DNA of 64,000 nt, taken from the NCBI GenBank assembly GCA_030754595.1, contig JASLZZ010000084.1, positions 12,578-76,577 of the forward strand. Reading direction: 5' to 3'. A model generated the notes under the pieces. The model had not been told where the DNA came from, made no database searches, and was given only the letters and a program-made list of their open reading frames with translations. Position numbers and translations under genes: made by a program. Below are positions 1 through 9,155 of the stretch, piece by piece. This DNA comes from Nitrospinota bacterium (lineage in GTDB: Bacteria; UBA8248). The first letter of the stretch is position 1. Each line of letters begins with the position of its first letter.

Positions 1-698
1 CGGCGAACGCCCGCGAGGATCCTCCGTTTCGTTTTAGCGTCCGCCGCTTTCCGGGCGAGAAGATGCTCGGCCCCGACGATTTCGAGAGTTTCGGAAAAAA
101 TCACGGTTCCGCCCGCGTTCACTACCCGGTCCGCGACCAAGCCGGTGACCGGATTCGAGACCAGACCGCAAGTGGTGTCCGAGCCGCCGCACTCCGCGCC
201 GAGAATCAGTTCGTCCAGGCCGCAGCGCTCCCGGCGGGATGCGGAGAGATGCGCGGCCACTTTTCCGGCGAGTTCGAGTGCGCGCGAGGTGGATTTCAGG
301 GTGCCGCCCACCTCGTGAATCGTGACGACTTCGATGGGCATCCAGGGCGAGGCCTTGGCCGCGGCCTCTGCGATGGCTCCGGCGGTGATGGGCTCGAGGC
401 CGACGATAATGGCCGCGCCCACGTTCGGATGGCCGGCCAGGTGGCCCATGACGCGGAAATGCTGTGCCTCGTCCTCGCCCATGAGCGCTCGGCCGAACGA
501 TGTGTTTACCGCGATCAGGTCGCTCCTGAGCGAGCAGATTCGCCTGACGAGGGGATTGGTGTTGTCCATCGCGCTGACGACGGCGAGATGGTTCCGCGCG
601 CCAGGGCCGCCCGAGGGGCGGCGATAGCCGAGAAAGCTGTCCCCTGATTTTGATTTTAACACGGAGCGCTTTTTTCGGGGCGGAGCGGATTTGGCCAC
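1..698 (-). CDS. suyB: UxaA-family dehydratase large subunit, most like (2R)-sulfolactate sulfo-lyase beta subunit SuyB; runs off the left edge
   Basis: Absent from the ORF track because it has no stop in the window. Hand translation from GTG at 698 gives ...FLGYRRPSGGPGARNHLAVV...FGRALMGEDEAQHFRVMGHLAGHPNVGAAIIVGLEP...GAECGGSD...NP...GGTVIFSETLEIVGAEH. The GR..GED...HFR and GLEP segments resemble SuyB more than the HxxGC segment of altronate dehydratase. It lies 3 bp downstream of the SAF-domain gene. Confidence 0.75.
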   Translation of the reverse strand, partial: MAKSAPPRKKRSVLKSKSGDSFLGYRRPSGGPGARNHLAVVSAMDNTNPLVRRICSLRSDLIAVNTSFGRALMGEDEAQHFRVMGHLAGHPNVGAAIIVGLEPITAGAIAEAAAKASPWMPIEVVTIHEVGGTLKSTSRALELAGKVAAHLSASRRERCGLDELILGAECGGSDTTCGLVSNPVTGLVADRVVNAGGTVIFSETLEIVGAEHLLARKAADAKTKRRILAGVR

Positions 699-701
699 GG
701 G

Positions 702-974
702 CTACCTTCTCGAGCTTTTGAGGTTGTGCACATGAACGTGCGTGCCGGCTTTGATGGCGCGAGTGGCGATGCCGATGGTCTCGCCGTACTTGAGGATTTT
801 CCTACTCGATGGAATCGGGGCAAGGGCGATCTTGTGGCCGAAGGGAACGGCCTCGGCGGCCTCGATGCGGAGAGAGTCTCCGCCGCCCTCTATATCGACA
901 TCATCGCCAGGCTCGACGTCCATCAGGACGGTGGCGACGTTGTCTTTTTTGTCCATGCGAATGGCGCGGGCCAT
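702..974 (-). CDS. suyA: SAF-domain small subunit (SuyA / UxaA N-terminal type)
   Basis: 90 aa with DNVATVL...PFGHKIAL...ILKYGETIG.A...I.AGTHVHVHNLKS; directly upstream of the suyB-like gene. Confidence 0.8.
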   Translation of the reverse strand: MARAIRMDKKDNVATVLMDVEPGDDVDIEGGGDSLRIEAAEAVPFGHKIALAPIPSSRKILKYGETIGIATRAIKAGTHVHVHNLKSSRR

Positions 975-1091
975 GCCTGAACTCCTTTTGTCGGGGGTGA
1001 TTCGGCGTCCATATTACCTTGGGCCGCGCTCGCTATCAACATCGAAAGCCGGCCTCCCCAGCCTTGCACGCCTATGGTATTTTAGCGGGAT

Positions 1092-1646
1092 ATGAACTCG
1101 ATCAATGGCTCCGAAAGTGCAAACGGCTGGCCGGCGGACATTCACCGCGTGTTCCGGTCGGCGGGTATCCGGCAGGTCGGGTATGTTCCCGATTCCGGCC
1201 ACGCTGAGTTGATCCGTCTGTGCACTTCAGACCCGGATATCGCCGCCGTCCCCCTGACGAGCGAGGAGGAAGGAGTGGGCCTGGTGGCTGGCGCCTGGCT
1301 CGGGGGGCAGCGGGGAGCGATCCTCATGCAGAGCAGCGGGGTGGGCAACTGCATGAATATGTTCACCCTGGCGTCCAACTGCCGCTTTCCTGTGCTCCTG
1401 CTCGTCACCATGCGCGGGGAGTGGGAGGAGTTCAATCCCTGGCAGATTCCCATGGGACGCTCGGCGGGCCCGATGATTGAATTGGCCGGGGGCACCGTCT
1501 ACCGGGCGGAGGACGCAGCCTCGGCCGGCCCGATGGTCGAGGCTGCCGCGGGCCTCGCCTTCAACACCTCGGGCCTCGTCGCGGTGGCGCTGGCGCAAAA
1601 ATTAATCGGCGCGAAGGCTTTTGGGCGGACGACAGGTGAAGAGTAA
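1092..1646 (+). CDS. comD: Sulfopyruvate/phosphonopyruvate decarboxylase alpha subunit (ThDP-dependent)
   Basis: YVPDS, EEEGVG, MQSSGVGN and MRGEWEEFNPWQIPMG motifs; overlaps the beta-subunit gene. Confidence 0.85.
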   Translation: MNSINGSESANGWPADIHRVFRSAGIRQVGYVPDSGHAELIRLCTSDPDIAAVPLTSEEEGVGLVAGAWLGGQRGAILMQSSGVGNCMNMFTLASNCRFPVLLLVTMRGEWEEFNPWQIPMGRSAGPMIELAGGTVYRAEDAASAGPMVEAAAGLAFNTSGLVAVALAQKLIGAKAFGRTTGEE

Positions 1647-2235
1647 CGGCGGCCGCATTGAAAGATGTCTTGCCGTCCGGGAGTTGCTCGCCGGCCGGGG
1701 GGACGAACTCGCCGTCATCGGACTGGGTTCGCCGGTGTGGGATTGTACGGCGGTGGAGGATCATACCCTGAATTTCCCCCTCTGGGGTGCGATGGGAAGC
1801 GCCGCGATGATCGGACTCGGGCTGGCGCTGGCCCAGCCGGAGCGGCGCGTTCTCGTCATCACCGGGGACGGCGAATTGTTGATGGGTCTGGGCGCCTTGC
1901 CCACCATAGCCGCCCAAAAACCGAAAAATCTGGCGATAGCCGTTCTCGATAATGAGATTTATGGCGAAACGGGAGGGCAGCCCACCCACACCTCGTTCGG
2001 TGTCTCGCTGTCGATGATGGCCAAGGGCGCGGGTTTCTCGGACGCCCTCACCGCCGCCGACGACGAAGACCTGTCCCGGGCGGTCCAGATGGTGCGCTTC
2101 GGGCGAGGGCCCGTTTTGGTCGACATCAAGGTGACCCAGGACGCATCGCCGCTCGTGATGCCGCCCCGCGAAGGGACGGCGCTCAAGAACCGGTTCAGGA
2201 AGGCGCTGCTCGGTCAGGATGCCTTGAAGGAATAA
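1636..2235 (+). CDS. comE: Sulfopyruvate/phosphonopyruvate decarboxylase beta subunit
   Basis: GAMG...GLGLALAQP, the ThDP motif GDGE...DNE and YGETGGQPT. Start uncertain (GTG 1636 or TTG 1621). Confidence 0.85.
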   Translation: MKSNGGRIERCLAVRELLAGRGDELAVIGLGSPVWDCTAVEDHTLNFPLWGAMGSAAMIGLGLALAQPERRVLVITGDGELLMGLGALPTIAAQKPKNLAIAVLDNEIYGETGGQPTHTSFGVSLSMMAKGAGFSDALTAADDEDLSRAVQMVRFGRGPVLVDIKVTQDASPLVMPPREGTALKNRFRKALLGQDALKE

Positions 2236-2296
2236 TTCTCCGGATGGACGCCTGAAAAAACCGCGGTCCGTCCGAGACGGATGCGGCGGAGCGACC

Positions 2297-3170
2297 ATGA
2301 TTAATCCGAAAATGCAGTACGAAGAAAAGAAAGTCGAGGTATTGGGCAAGAAAATGACCTACGTGGATACGGGCGAGGGGGACCCGCTCGTATTTTTCCA
2401 CGGGAACATCACATCCTCTTTCATGTACCGCAATTTCATGCCCCACCTGGAATCTTTCGCGCGGTGCATCGCCGTGGACAACATCGGACAAGGAGACTCG
2501 GATAAACTGGAAGGCTCGATGTACCGCCTCAAGGACCACCAAAAATATATCGACGGCTTCATGGAGGCGATGAGTTTAGAGGAAAACGTCACCATCATGG
2601 TGCACGACTGGGGGGCGCAGCTCGGCTTCACCTGGGCGAACAGGAACCGGGAGGCGATGAAGGGGATCGCCCAAATGCAGGGCGTCATCGGAAATTTTGT
2701 GTGGAGTAACTGGCCCGAGAAGGTCCAGATCCTCTTCAAGCGGTTTCGCTCGCCCGAGGGGGAGGAGCTGGTGATGGGGGAAAACTATTTCGCGGAAAAT
2801 ATTCTTCCCGCGATGACTCTCCGGGACCTTACAGAGGAGGAGATGAACGAGCACCGGAGGCCCTATAAAAACCCCGGCGAAGACCGCAGGCCGACGTTAA
2901 CCTGGCCAAGGGAGAATTCCCATCGAAGGCTATCCCTCCGATGTGCTCAGGGTCATCGAGGAGAACAATGCCTGGCTGAGCGAGAGCCTGCTGCCCAAGT
3001 TTTTCATCAATTCGGAACCGGGCGCGGTTCTCGTCGGCGAACACTGCGAAATGGTGCGAAGCTGGCCGAACTTCACCGAAACGACCGTCCGAGGGCTCCA
3101 CTACATCCACGAGGACTCACCCGGCGATATCGGCCGCGCCCTGGCGGACTGGTACAGGTTGCTCGGTTGA
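2297..3170 (+). pseudogene. dhaA: Haloalkane dehalogenase (DhaA/LinB type) with a +1 frameshift near 2915 (real lesion or sequencing error)
   Basis: HGNITSS, HDWGA and PTLTWPRE lie in one frame. Removing one A from GAGAATTCCCATC restores WPREIPIEGYP and joins the 2943-3170 ORF, which carries GLHYIHEDSP. Confidence 0.85.
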
Positions 3171-3178
3171 CTCTCGGT

Positions 3179-3943
3179 CTAAACCGCGGTCGCCCCGCCG
3201 TCGCTGGTGACGATTGCGCCGTTCATGAAGTCGTTTTCATCGGACACCAAGAAAATAGCGATGCCGGCCATCTCCTCGGAGGAGGCGAAGCGTTTCACCG
3301 ATATGTTCACCAGCTTCGAATCCGCGTAGCCGGGCCGGCTGTCGTGAATCTTCTTGACCCGATCGGTCTCGGTTGTGCCGGGAGCGAGGCAGTTCACCCG
3401 GATGCCGTGCGGCCCAAGCTCGGTGGCGAGGGCGCGCGTCATGTTGTGGTTTGCAGCCTTGGTGGTGCAGTAGAGGGCGTTGTTCTCGATCCCGATCATG
3501 GCGTGAATCGAACCGATGATGAGGATTCGCCCGCTTTTTTGGGCCTTCATGATCTTGGCGGCTTCGATAGATGCGCGGAAGGGAGATTTCGCATTGACCT
3601 CGAAAAGAAAATCCACATCATCGGCCGAGAAGTCGGTCATGGGCTTGTGGTTCCGGGCGCCGGCGCAGCTGACGAAAATATCGAGCCCACCGAGAAAATC
3701 CCCCCCCTCCCTGATGACGGCCGCCGCGTTGTTCGAGTCCGAGAGGTCGTAGCATTTCCCCCCGGCATTGACGCCCTCGGCGGTGCAGGCGTCCAGGGTG
3801 GCCTTGAGCCCTTCGGCGTTACTCCCCCCGGCCGTCCAGACCGAGGCGCCCTCGGCGGCGAACCGCTTGGCGATGGCGGCCCCGATGCCCGATGAGGCCC
3901 CGGTGACGATGGCGCGTTTTCCTTCGATTCTCTTGCTCGGCAT
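3179..3943 (-). CDS. Short-chain dehydrogenase/reductase (SDR)
   Basis: TGASSGIG, YCTTK (YxxxK), RVNCLAPG, DGG. Confidence 0.9.
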   Translation of the reverse strand: MPSKRIEGKRAIVTGASSGIGAAIAKRFAAEGASVWTAGGSNAEGLKATLDACTAEGVNAGGKCYDLSDSNNAAAVIREGGDFLGGLDIFVSCAGARNHKPMTDFSADDVDFLFEVNAKSPFRASIEAAKIMKAQKSGRILIIGSIHAMIGIENNALYCTTKAANHNMTRALATELGPHGIRVNCLAPGTTETDRVKKIHDSRPGYADSKLVNISVKRFASSEEMAGIAIFLVSDENDFMNGAIVTSDGGATAV

Positions 3944-3984
3944 GATTTTTCCTCGTATGGGTAAATGAAATTTTTTTTTTCGGG

Positions 3985-5016
3985 TTATTGTGCGGTCAAT
4001 GCCTGAAGATCGTACTCGGAGTCGGGCACTAGCAGAGGGACGGGTTCACCCTTCAGAAAGCAAAGCAGATTTTCGGCGGCCTGGATCTCCATCCGAAGAC
4101 GCGAGGAGCGCGAACTCGCCCCCATGTGGCAGGTGAGAATGCAATTCTCGATTTGCGTCAGCTCGCCTTCGTAGGGCTCGCGCTCGAATACATCGAGCGC
4201 CGCGCCGCCCAACCGGCCAGACCGCAGGGCCTCGGCCAGCGCTCCCTCGTCGATCAGGCCGCCCCGCGCCGTGTTGATGAGAACAGCGTCCGGTTTCATT
4301 GTCGCCAACGCCTCGCGGCTGACCACGTTCCTTGTCAGCGGAGTGACCGGAACATGAAGGCAGACAACGTCGGCCTCCCTGAACAGGCGCTCTTTTTCAA
4401 TCCACTCGATACCGAGTTCCTCTCCGATGGCTTCGTCGGGCACCAGGTCGTTGGCGATAATTTTTGCGCCGAAGGCGGCGAGGTGCCCCGCCACGAGCTT
4501 GCCGATTCGGCCGACCCCGATGATCCCGACGGTGAGTTCGTCGAGCGAGCGACCCATGACGCGGACCCAGGCCCCGTCGCGGAGAGAGGTGTCCGATTCC
4601 TTGACTCCCCTGATGAGGGAGAGTACGTGGCCCACGGTCAGTTCCGTTACCGCCACGGCATTGGCGCCGGCGACGTAGGAGACGGGGATCCCCCGTTGGC
4701 GCGCGACCAGAAGGTCCACGCTGTCCAGCCCCACCGAGCACCGCGAGATGAACCTCAATTCAGGCGCGCAATCCATCACCGCGGCCGAGATCGGCTCGGC
4801 GCCGCCGATGATTGAATCGCACCCGGTAATGAGCTCTTTCATGTCCGTTTCATTGAGAAGTCGCCCATGCGGGTTGAAAACGCACTCCACCCCGGACTCC
4901 TCGAGCATCCGAACCGGGAACGGGTCGATTTGGCCGAAACGCTCGGGCGAAATCAGCGTGCGTGTGATCGGCTGATCGGGTCCCGGCGCCGAAACATTCT
5001 GATCGTTCATGCACAT
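3985..5016 (-). CDS. D-isomer-specific 2-hydroxyacid dehydrogenase (SerA/SlcC-like, no ACT domain)
   Basis: VGLDSVD, N..AVTE, GIIGVGRIG, INTARG, LDVFEREP, HMGAS. Confidence 0.88.
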   Translation of the reverse strand: MCMNDQNVSAPGPDQPITRTLISPERFGQIDPFPVRMLEESGVECVFNPHGRLLNETDMKELITGCDSIIGGAEPISAAVMDCAPELRFISRCSVGLDSVDLLVARQRGIPVSYVAGANAVAVTELTVGHVLSLIRGVKESDTSLRDGAWVRVMGRSLDELTVGIIGVGRIGKLVAGHLAAFGAKIIANDLVPDEAIGEELGIEWIEKERLFREADVVCLHVPVTPLTRNVVSREALATMKPDAVLINTARGGLIDEGALAEALRSGRLGGAALDVFEREPYEGELTQIENCILTCHMGASSRSSRLRMEIQAAENLLCFLKGEPVPLLVPDSEYDLQALTAQ

Positions 5017-5253
5017 TTCTCCGCTGAGTAACCCCGGCGAAAAATAGGCCGCGGCGTAGACGAACCGAATGAACAGGGGCCTTAAGCTATCGAAAGGGAA
5101 GGAATTCTGTCAAGAAGATGAGAGGGAAATTGCGGTGGCCTCGGGGTCATTCCCTGGAATCCGGGGTGGTCACATGCCGTTTCGGCGCCCGCCCGGTCAT
5201 TTTCTGAAATTAGGGGGCGGGCGCACCGTTTATCGATGGAGGTTGAATTCCAG

Positions 5254-5553
5254 CTAGGCGGCCTGTGGCAGCTTTTCCTTCGTCTTTCTCCAGTGCGTTT
5301 CGAAACATTTGGCCGTCCGGCTTTTTTCCTCGAAGGCGAAGTGTTTCAGGGCGAAGAAAAAGAATATCAGGCACCAAAGAGGCAGCCACCAAAACGGCTT
5401 GCTGGATTGCATTTCGAAAATAAAGTTCATGCCGGAGGCTGCCACCCACCCCATCAGGCCCGCCGGAAGGGCGATAAACCCCGTGGAAGCAAGTGCGGCG
5501 GCGAATATTCTGGTTCTGGGTGAAACTCCGAAATCTCCGCGTAAACTGAACAT
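5254..5553 (-). CDS. Hypothetical small membrane protein (two hydrophobic segments)
   Basis: 99-aa ORF in an otherwise gene-free gap; no family recognised. Confidence 0.3.
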   Translation of the reverse strand: MFSLRGDFGVSPRTRIFAAALASTGFIALPAGLMGWVAASGMNFIFEMQSSKPFWWLPLWCLIFFFFALKHFAFEEKSRTAKCFETHWRKTKEKLPQAA

Positions 5554-5908
5554 GGTGTTTTTACCCCAATTTCTTTTGGCTCATCCTTGAGCTTGCTGCC
5601 ACAGGGGCGGTGACTTAATCACCGAGGTCTTTTTTGTCGTTCCACCGGCATCCTTGCCGGCCTATTACTAATATCGGCCTCAGCGGATAAAGGGAGAGTT
5701 CGTGGGAAAGAGATACGTGGTCCAGTTCACTAAAAATCTTGTTAAAGGGCACTAAGTGTCCGTTTGTGAACGTTTTATGCCGATTAACCGGGAGATTCGG
5801 GTTGAGAGGGGCCAGTGGAGGGCGGGTGAAATGGCCCGGTCCGCTCCTTTCCTTTACAATGAGGACATCTGATCAGCCCTGCTTTTCATGACCCCAAAGG
5901 AGAAATTC

Positions 5909-6142
5909 ATGGGTGAGGGAGATTTTCGGGGGGACGCCGGCCGTCTCGAATCCGAAATCGAGGAGATGGCCCACATCGTATACGGCCTCCCCAAAAACGA
6001 GCAGTCTAAGTCGGTCGCCAGGCAAACAGCGTCTCTTCTTCTCACGCTCTCCGGCGTTAGATTCGAGAAGGAAGAAGAGCCCATTCTTCCCCGGCCGCCT
6101 GAGTCGGGTGCATCCGGGCCGGGAGGGCGCGGCGATGGCTGA
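5909..6142 (+). CDS. Small protein overlapping the amidase start; possible GatC/AtzG-like partner
   Basis: A GGAGA RBS precedes ATG 5909. The product is helical and acidic and contains an EEEP motif; its stop overlaps the amidase start. Confidence 0.45.
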   Translation: MGEGDFRGDAGRLESEIEEMAHIVYGLPKNEQSKSVARQTASLLLTLSGVRFEKEEEPILPRPPESGASGPGGRGDG

Positions 6143-7499
6143 GCACTGGAGATTGACGCTGAGCGAGGGACTGGCCCGAATCGCGGACGGCGCCCTCACG
6201 TCGGCGGAATGGACCCGATCGCTTCTCGAACGAATAGACGGTTGCGAGGGGTGCGTGAAGGCCTGGGCGCAGGTTGATCGGGGGGGAGCCGTCGCCGCTG
6301 CCGAGGAAGCCGACCGCGCACGCGCCGCCGGCGAAGCGCAGGGGTCCTTCGCGGGAGCCGCCTTCGGCGCCAAGGATATATTTGACATCAAGGGGCTCCG
6401 GCGGGAGGCGGGCTCACCCATTTACACCGGCTATGTCCCAGAGGATGACGCCGCCTGCGTCGCTCGGCTCCGGGAGGCGGGAGCCATTCCTCTGGGAAAG
6501 ACGGTGACCACCCAGTTCGCGAATGGCGACCCGTCGATCACCCGGAATCCCTGGAGTCTGGAACGGAGCCCGGGTGGATCGAGCAGCGGCTCCGCGGCCG
6601 CCGTGGCCGCTGGAATGGTGCCCGCCGCTCTGGGCAGTCAGACGACCGGCTCGACGCTGCGGCCCGCGGCTTTTTGCGGCGTAGAGGCACTGAAGCCCAC
6701 CTACGGGCGCATTCCCCGGACCGGAGTCGTCAAGGTGTCTTGGACCTTCGACCACGTGGGCCTCATCGCCCGCTCTATCGAGGATATCGCCCGGCTCCTC
6801 GAGGTCATGTCCGGCCCGGACCCCGGCGATCACGGGGCCCCCGATGCGGAGGTTGAGGCTTACACCGATGCGTCCGCCCCCTGGCGGCCCGGGCGCGCGC
6901 TTTTTTTGAGGGAGGATTTTCTCCCCCGCTCGAGCGGGGAGGTGGCGGATCATATCTTGAGGGCGGTGGCGCGGCTCGAGGAAAACGGGGTGAAGGTCGA
7001 TGAGGGGAGGCTGCCCTGCGATTTCGATGAAATCCACGCCGCGCACTTCGTGGCCCGGTGCGTCGATTCGGCCACCTATCACGAGGACATGTTCATCGAA
7101 AACGCGGACGACTATGCCCCCGCATGCCGGACCACGGTGACGACGGGGCTCATGGTGCCCGCCGTTCACTACCTCAAGGCGCTGCGTCTGCGCGCGAGGT
7201 TCACCGAGAAAATGGACGATATTTTCGAGCGCTACGATATCGTGATCATGCCGACCCAGGTCGAGGCCCCGCCGCCAAGGGAGGAGTCCACGGGGAACCC
7301 GATTTTCAACGAACAACTCACCTTCTCGGGCCATCCCGCGGTTACCCTGCCCGTCGGGCGCGGGGAGGAGAATATTCCCATCGGAATCCAATTCGGTGGG
7401 CGCCGGTTCGGCGAGAGAGGATTACTCTCGGCCGCACGGTGGTGCGAGGAGGAGCTTGGTTGGAGGCCCGAGATCGCCGAGCCCGCCGGGCTTGGGTAG
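6135..7499 (+). CDS. Amidase-signature family protein (GatA-like)
   Basis: GAKD, GKTVTTQFA, PGGSSSGSAAAVAAG and GSQTTGSTLRPAAFCG (Ser-cisSer-Lys triad). ATG 6135 follows GGGAGG. Confidence 0.92.
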   Translation: MAEHWRLTLSEGLARIADGALTSAEWTRSLLERIDGCEGCVKAWAQVDRGGAVAAAEEADRARAAGEAQGSFAGAAFGAKDIFDIKGLRREAGSPIYTGYVPEDDAACVARLREAGAIPLGKTVTTQFANGDPSITRNPWSLERSPGGSSSGSAAAVAAGMVPAALGSQTTGSTLRPAAFCGVEALKPTYGRIPRTGVVKVSWTFDHVGLIARSIEDIARLLEVMSGPDPGDHGAPDAEVEAYTDASAPWRPGRALFLREDFLPRSSGEVADHILRAVARLEENGVKVDEGRLPCDFDEIHAAHFVARCVDSATYHEDMFIENADDYAPACRTTVTTGLMVPAVHYLKALRLRARFTEKMDDIFERYDIVIMPTQVEAPPPREESTGNPIFNEQLTFSGHPAVTLPVGRGEENIPIGIQFGGRRFGERGLLSAARWCEEELGWRPEIAEPAGLG

Positions 7500-7537
7500 C
7501 CCACCGGGCTTCGGTGGCCATGACAGGCGAGGGTATC

Positions 7538-9115
7538 TCAGTTCCGGTCTCTGAGCACCCTCCGGAGGATTTTGCCGCTTCCCGATTTTGGTATTTGACT
7601 GATGAACTCGACCTCGCGGATCTCCTTGAAGCCGGCCACCTTTCCGCGCACGAACTCGAGGATCTCTTCGGGCTCGGCGCTCTCGCCATCCTTGAGGACA
7701 ATAAACGCCTTGGGAATTTCTCCCGCCTCGGGGTCCGCCTTGGGCACGACGGCAACGTCCGCCACCAGGGGATGGTGATGGAGCAGGGCCTCAAGCTCGG
7801 CCGGCGCGACCGAGAAGCCCTTGTATTTGATCATCTCCTTGAGGCGATCGACGATGTAGACGTATTCGTCCTCGTCGATGCGGACAATATCGCCGGTGTG
7901 GAACCAGCCGCCCCGGAGGGCGCGGGCGGTCTCCTCGGGAGCGTTCCAGTAGCCCTGCATGACCTGGGGGCCTTTCAGAGCGAGTTCGCCCACTTCCCCG
8001 GTTTCCAGCTCCTGCTCGCCCGTTTCCAAATCAACAACCTTTTGCTCGAGATCCGAGACAGGCGGCCCGATGGACTCCTCTCTCACCCACTCCTCCTCGA
8101 GCGGATTCATATGGGTGACGGGCGAGGTCTCGGTCAGCCCGTAGCCCATGAAAGTCAGACACCCCGTTTTTTCCTGCGTCAGCCGCCGTACCTCAGGCGG
8201 CAGCGGCGCCGCTCCGCTCATGATGTAGCGGAGCGATGAGAGATCGTAATTCTCCGTCTCCGGGTGATGGGCGATTGCGAGTAGGGCGGGCGGGACGGCG
8301 TGAAAAAGGGTGAGGTGGTGGCGCTCGATAAGCAAAAGCGCATCCTCGACATCGAATCGGCGCATCAACACCTGCTTGGCCCCGGCGAGGATGAGGCCGC
8401 CCATGATCATGCACCCGTAGATATGGTAAAGGGGGAGAAAATTCAGGCCGCCGTCGCTCTCGCCGATCCGGTGGTTTGTGATGAACTGGTGATAATTGCA
8501 CACCAGATTTCGGTGGGAGAGCATCACGCCTTTGGGCCGCCCGGTAGTTCCGCTCGAATAGGGAAGGGCGATGAGGTCTTTGGCCTGATCGATCGAGGGC
8601 TCATCGGGCGGTTCGGTGATTTCGGCCGCAATCCATGCGTCGAAGTTCAGGAATCCAGGCGGCGCATCGCCCTCGGTGACGATGATCTCCTTTAGATTGG
8701 GAAGATCGCCGCGAACGCTCTCGACGAGGGGCATAAGAGGGGCGTGGACGATCAGGGCCCTCGCGCCCGAGTCCTCGAGCTGGTAGTGGATTTCCTCCTC
8801 TTTATAGGCCGGGTTGAGGGAGGTGAGAATCGCGCCCGCCTTCGACCCGCCGAAGAAGGTGATTTCAAACTCCACCGAGTTGGGAGTGAGGAGGGCGACC
8901 CGGTCGCCCTTACGGACCCCGAGCCGGGTGAGGGCGCGGGCGCAGGCGTTCGAGCGCTCCTCGAGGTCCCGGAAGGTGAGTTCGCGCTCTCCGTCTACGA
9001 GCGCTATTTTGTCGGGACACCGTCCGAAGGTTTGGCGCAACAGCCCGTGCAGAGGATAGCCGGGATATTCCAGAGGCGGCCGGAGGTCAGGCGGCGGCTT
9101 CGCGCGGGAGGACAC
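7538..9115 (-). CDS. AMP-dependent acyl/aryl-CoA ligase (4-coumarate or long-chain fatty acid CoA ligase-like)
   Basis: YSSGTTGRPKG, GYGLTETSP, HTGD, DRLKEMIKYKG, PKSGSGKILRR. Confidence 0.93.
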   Translation of the reverse strand: MSSRAKPPPDLRPPLEYPGYPLHGLLRQTFGRCPDKIALVDGERELTFRDLEERSNACARALTRLGVRKGDRVALLTPNSVEFEITFFGGSKAGAILTSLNPAYKEEEIHYQLEDSGARALIVHAPLMPLVESVRGDLPNLKEIIVTEGDAPPGFLNFDAWIAAEITEPPDEPSIDQAKDLIALPYSSGTTGRPKGVMLSHRNLVCNYHQFITNHRIGESDGGLNFLPLYHIYGCMIMGGLILAGAKQVLMRRFDVEDALLLIERHHLTLFHAVPPALLAIAHHPETENYDLSSLRYIMSGAAPLPPEVRRLTQEKTGCLTFMGYGLTETSPVTHMNPLEEEWVREESIGPPVSDLEQKVVDLETGEQELETGEVGELALKGPQVMQGYWNAPEETARALRGGWFHTGDIVRIDEDEYVYIVDRLKEMIKYKGFSVAPAELEALLHHHPLVADVAVVPKADPEAGEIPKAFIVLKDGESAEPEEILEFVRGKVAGFKEIREVEFISQIPKSGSGKILRRVLRDRN

Positions 9116-9155
9116 GGGGAAGATCCCTTGAATAGATGAAAAAGTTCCCTGAATT

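Noticed and set aside
2915..3895. 532-aa ORF 2297-3895 as a dehalogenase fusion protein
   Set aside because: After the frameshift it reads out of frame and then antisense to the SDR gene; no real second domain.
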